Assembly: GCF_001194135.2 (NCBI RefSeq)
Contig: NC_068983.1
Span: 137,441,317 to 137,505,316 of the forward strand
Reading direction: 5' to 3'
DNA from: Octopus bimaculoides
Taxonomy: Eukaryota
Length of the DNA: 64,000 nt
Below the pieces are notes generated by a model, which did not search any database, was not told where the DNA came from, and was given only the letters and a program-made list of their open reading frames with translations. Shown in pieces: positions 62,520 through 64,000 of the stretch; the stretch's first letter is position 1, and each line of letters starts with the position of its first letter. A program made the position numbers and the translations under genes.

Positions 62520-62900
62520 TATCATCATCATTTAATGTCCATTTCCCATGCTGGAATGAGATGGACAGTTTGACTGAGGACTGGCAAGCCAGTAGGCTGC
62601 ACCAGGCTCCAGTCTGATCTGGTAAAGTTTCTACAGCTAGATGCCCTTCCTAACACCAACCACTTTGAGAGTGTAATGGGTGCTTTTTATGTGCCACTGG
62701 TATGGTAGCCAGTCAGGTGGCACTGGTATCAACCATGTTTGGATGGTGCTTTTTACATGCCACCAGCACAGAGCAACTCAGGTTGCTCTGGCATCAACCC
62801 ACACTTGAATGGTGCTTATTACATGCCACCAGCACCGGTGGCAGTCAGGCGGCACTGGCTCAAGCTACAACTATGATTTCACTTGTCTCAACAGGTTTTC
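62520..62900 (-). repeat. RTE-tail-type interspersed repeat with (CAT)n tail; copies also near 15605, 42300, 53260, 55445 and 63680-64000
   Basis: Recurrent (CAT)n-TTTAACGTCCGCTTTCCATGCT...CTGGATGCCCTTCC followed by ~50-bp internal GCCACC.GCAC units. Confidence 0.7.
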
Positions 62901-63219
62901 TCAAATAGTGTATTGCCCAACAATTCAAGGGTACTTTTAAATGGGCTGGTTATACAACACTAGTATTGGCCATGGCTGCAATCTCATGTCTAAGGAATTC
63001 TACACATTTGTGAAACTCCAGCATAACAGGCCACTAGATCAGCTTAAATAAACAATATATACATGTACATACATGTATATACATACACATGCATATAGTA
63101 TATATAAAATCTGGAATTAACAAACAAATTTAATTTTATAACATATTGATAAATAGTTATATTTTTGTATTAAACATTTTCACAAAAAGTTTGTTTTGTT
63201 TGTTTTTTATATATATATG

Positions 63220-63264
<45 letters not shown>

Positions 63265-64000
63265 TGAGAGTGTGTACTTATTTATCATGCAATTGTCTTA
63301 TGTAACAATAGTTACAGAACTTCCACTTCTGCCTGTGATTAATATATGTTAACCAGGTAAGACTAGTTATAGGCCACTCGACAGCAACAGTTACTTCTGC
63401 ATACACCCCACAGTCAGAATTGTCCAAAGAACAGAATGACTGGTGAGAAGTGTGCATAGAATGATTGAAGTATATTCACCATTGATATGGAAAACAAAAA
63501 AAGTGTAGTTACAAGAGGCTGCTGACTGTTCAGTGTGGGATAAAAAGCTTCCTCATGCTGACTCTTCAGGGATACTAGCAATTCGAGATGATTACAGTAT
63601 GTTAAATAAAGTGATCAAGGACATGAAGAGAAGGAACGCCGTAGTGGAATTACAAGTAGACTAACAATGTAAGGTTTGTATCATCATCATCATCATCATC
63701 ATCGTTTAACGTCCGCTTTCCATGCTAGCATGGGTTGGACGATTTGACTGAGGACTGGTGAAACCGGATGGCAACACCAGGCTCCAGTCTAATTTGCCAG
63801 AGTTTCTACAGCTGGATGCCCTTCCTAACGCCAACCACTCAGAGAGTGTAGTGGGTGCTTTTACGTGTCACCCGCACGAAAACGGCCACGCTCGAAATGG
63901 TGCATCTCATGTGCCACCCGCACAAGAACCAGTCCAGGGGCACTGGCAACGATCTTACTTGGCTTGCCGGGTATTCTCACGCACAGCACATTTCCAAAGG

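Overview
AT-rich, intron-containing animal genomic DNA. The microsatellites and the tRNA-derived SINE and RTE repeat complement suggest an octopus or other coleoid cephalopod (inference, not verified). No rRNA, tRNA gene or CRISPR array is supported. The window is dominated by one unusual + strand locus. Eleven short coding exons at 5.9-33.4 kb each start with an ATG and encode a predicted DNA-binding module, mostly transposon-type: psq-HTH, AT-hook/STPR-like, Tc1/IS630 HTH, 4x THAP, CENP-B/pogo HTH, Crypton-type tyrosine-recombinase fold, C2H2 and hAT TTF-type finger. Each ends in a phase-0 GT donor shortly after the domain. The common downstream partner I could find is a phase-0 acceptor at 34114, which opens a 3-exon constant region encoding a BTB/POZ domain and a Ser/Thr-rich tail. 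A diverged tandem duplicate of this constant region (57602-61287, same intron phases) is preceded by two more phase-0 variable exons (FLYWCH and CENP-B HTH). The inferred system is a variable-first-exon, transposase-capture transcription-factor cassette: lola/mod(mdg4) logic with reversed domain order, built like a clustered protocadherin locus. Splicing is predicted from sequence only. The rest is decayed TEs (mariner, Tigger, RTE and other LINE, Gypsy, MITEs, SINEs) and three N gaps.
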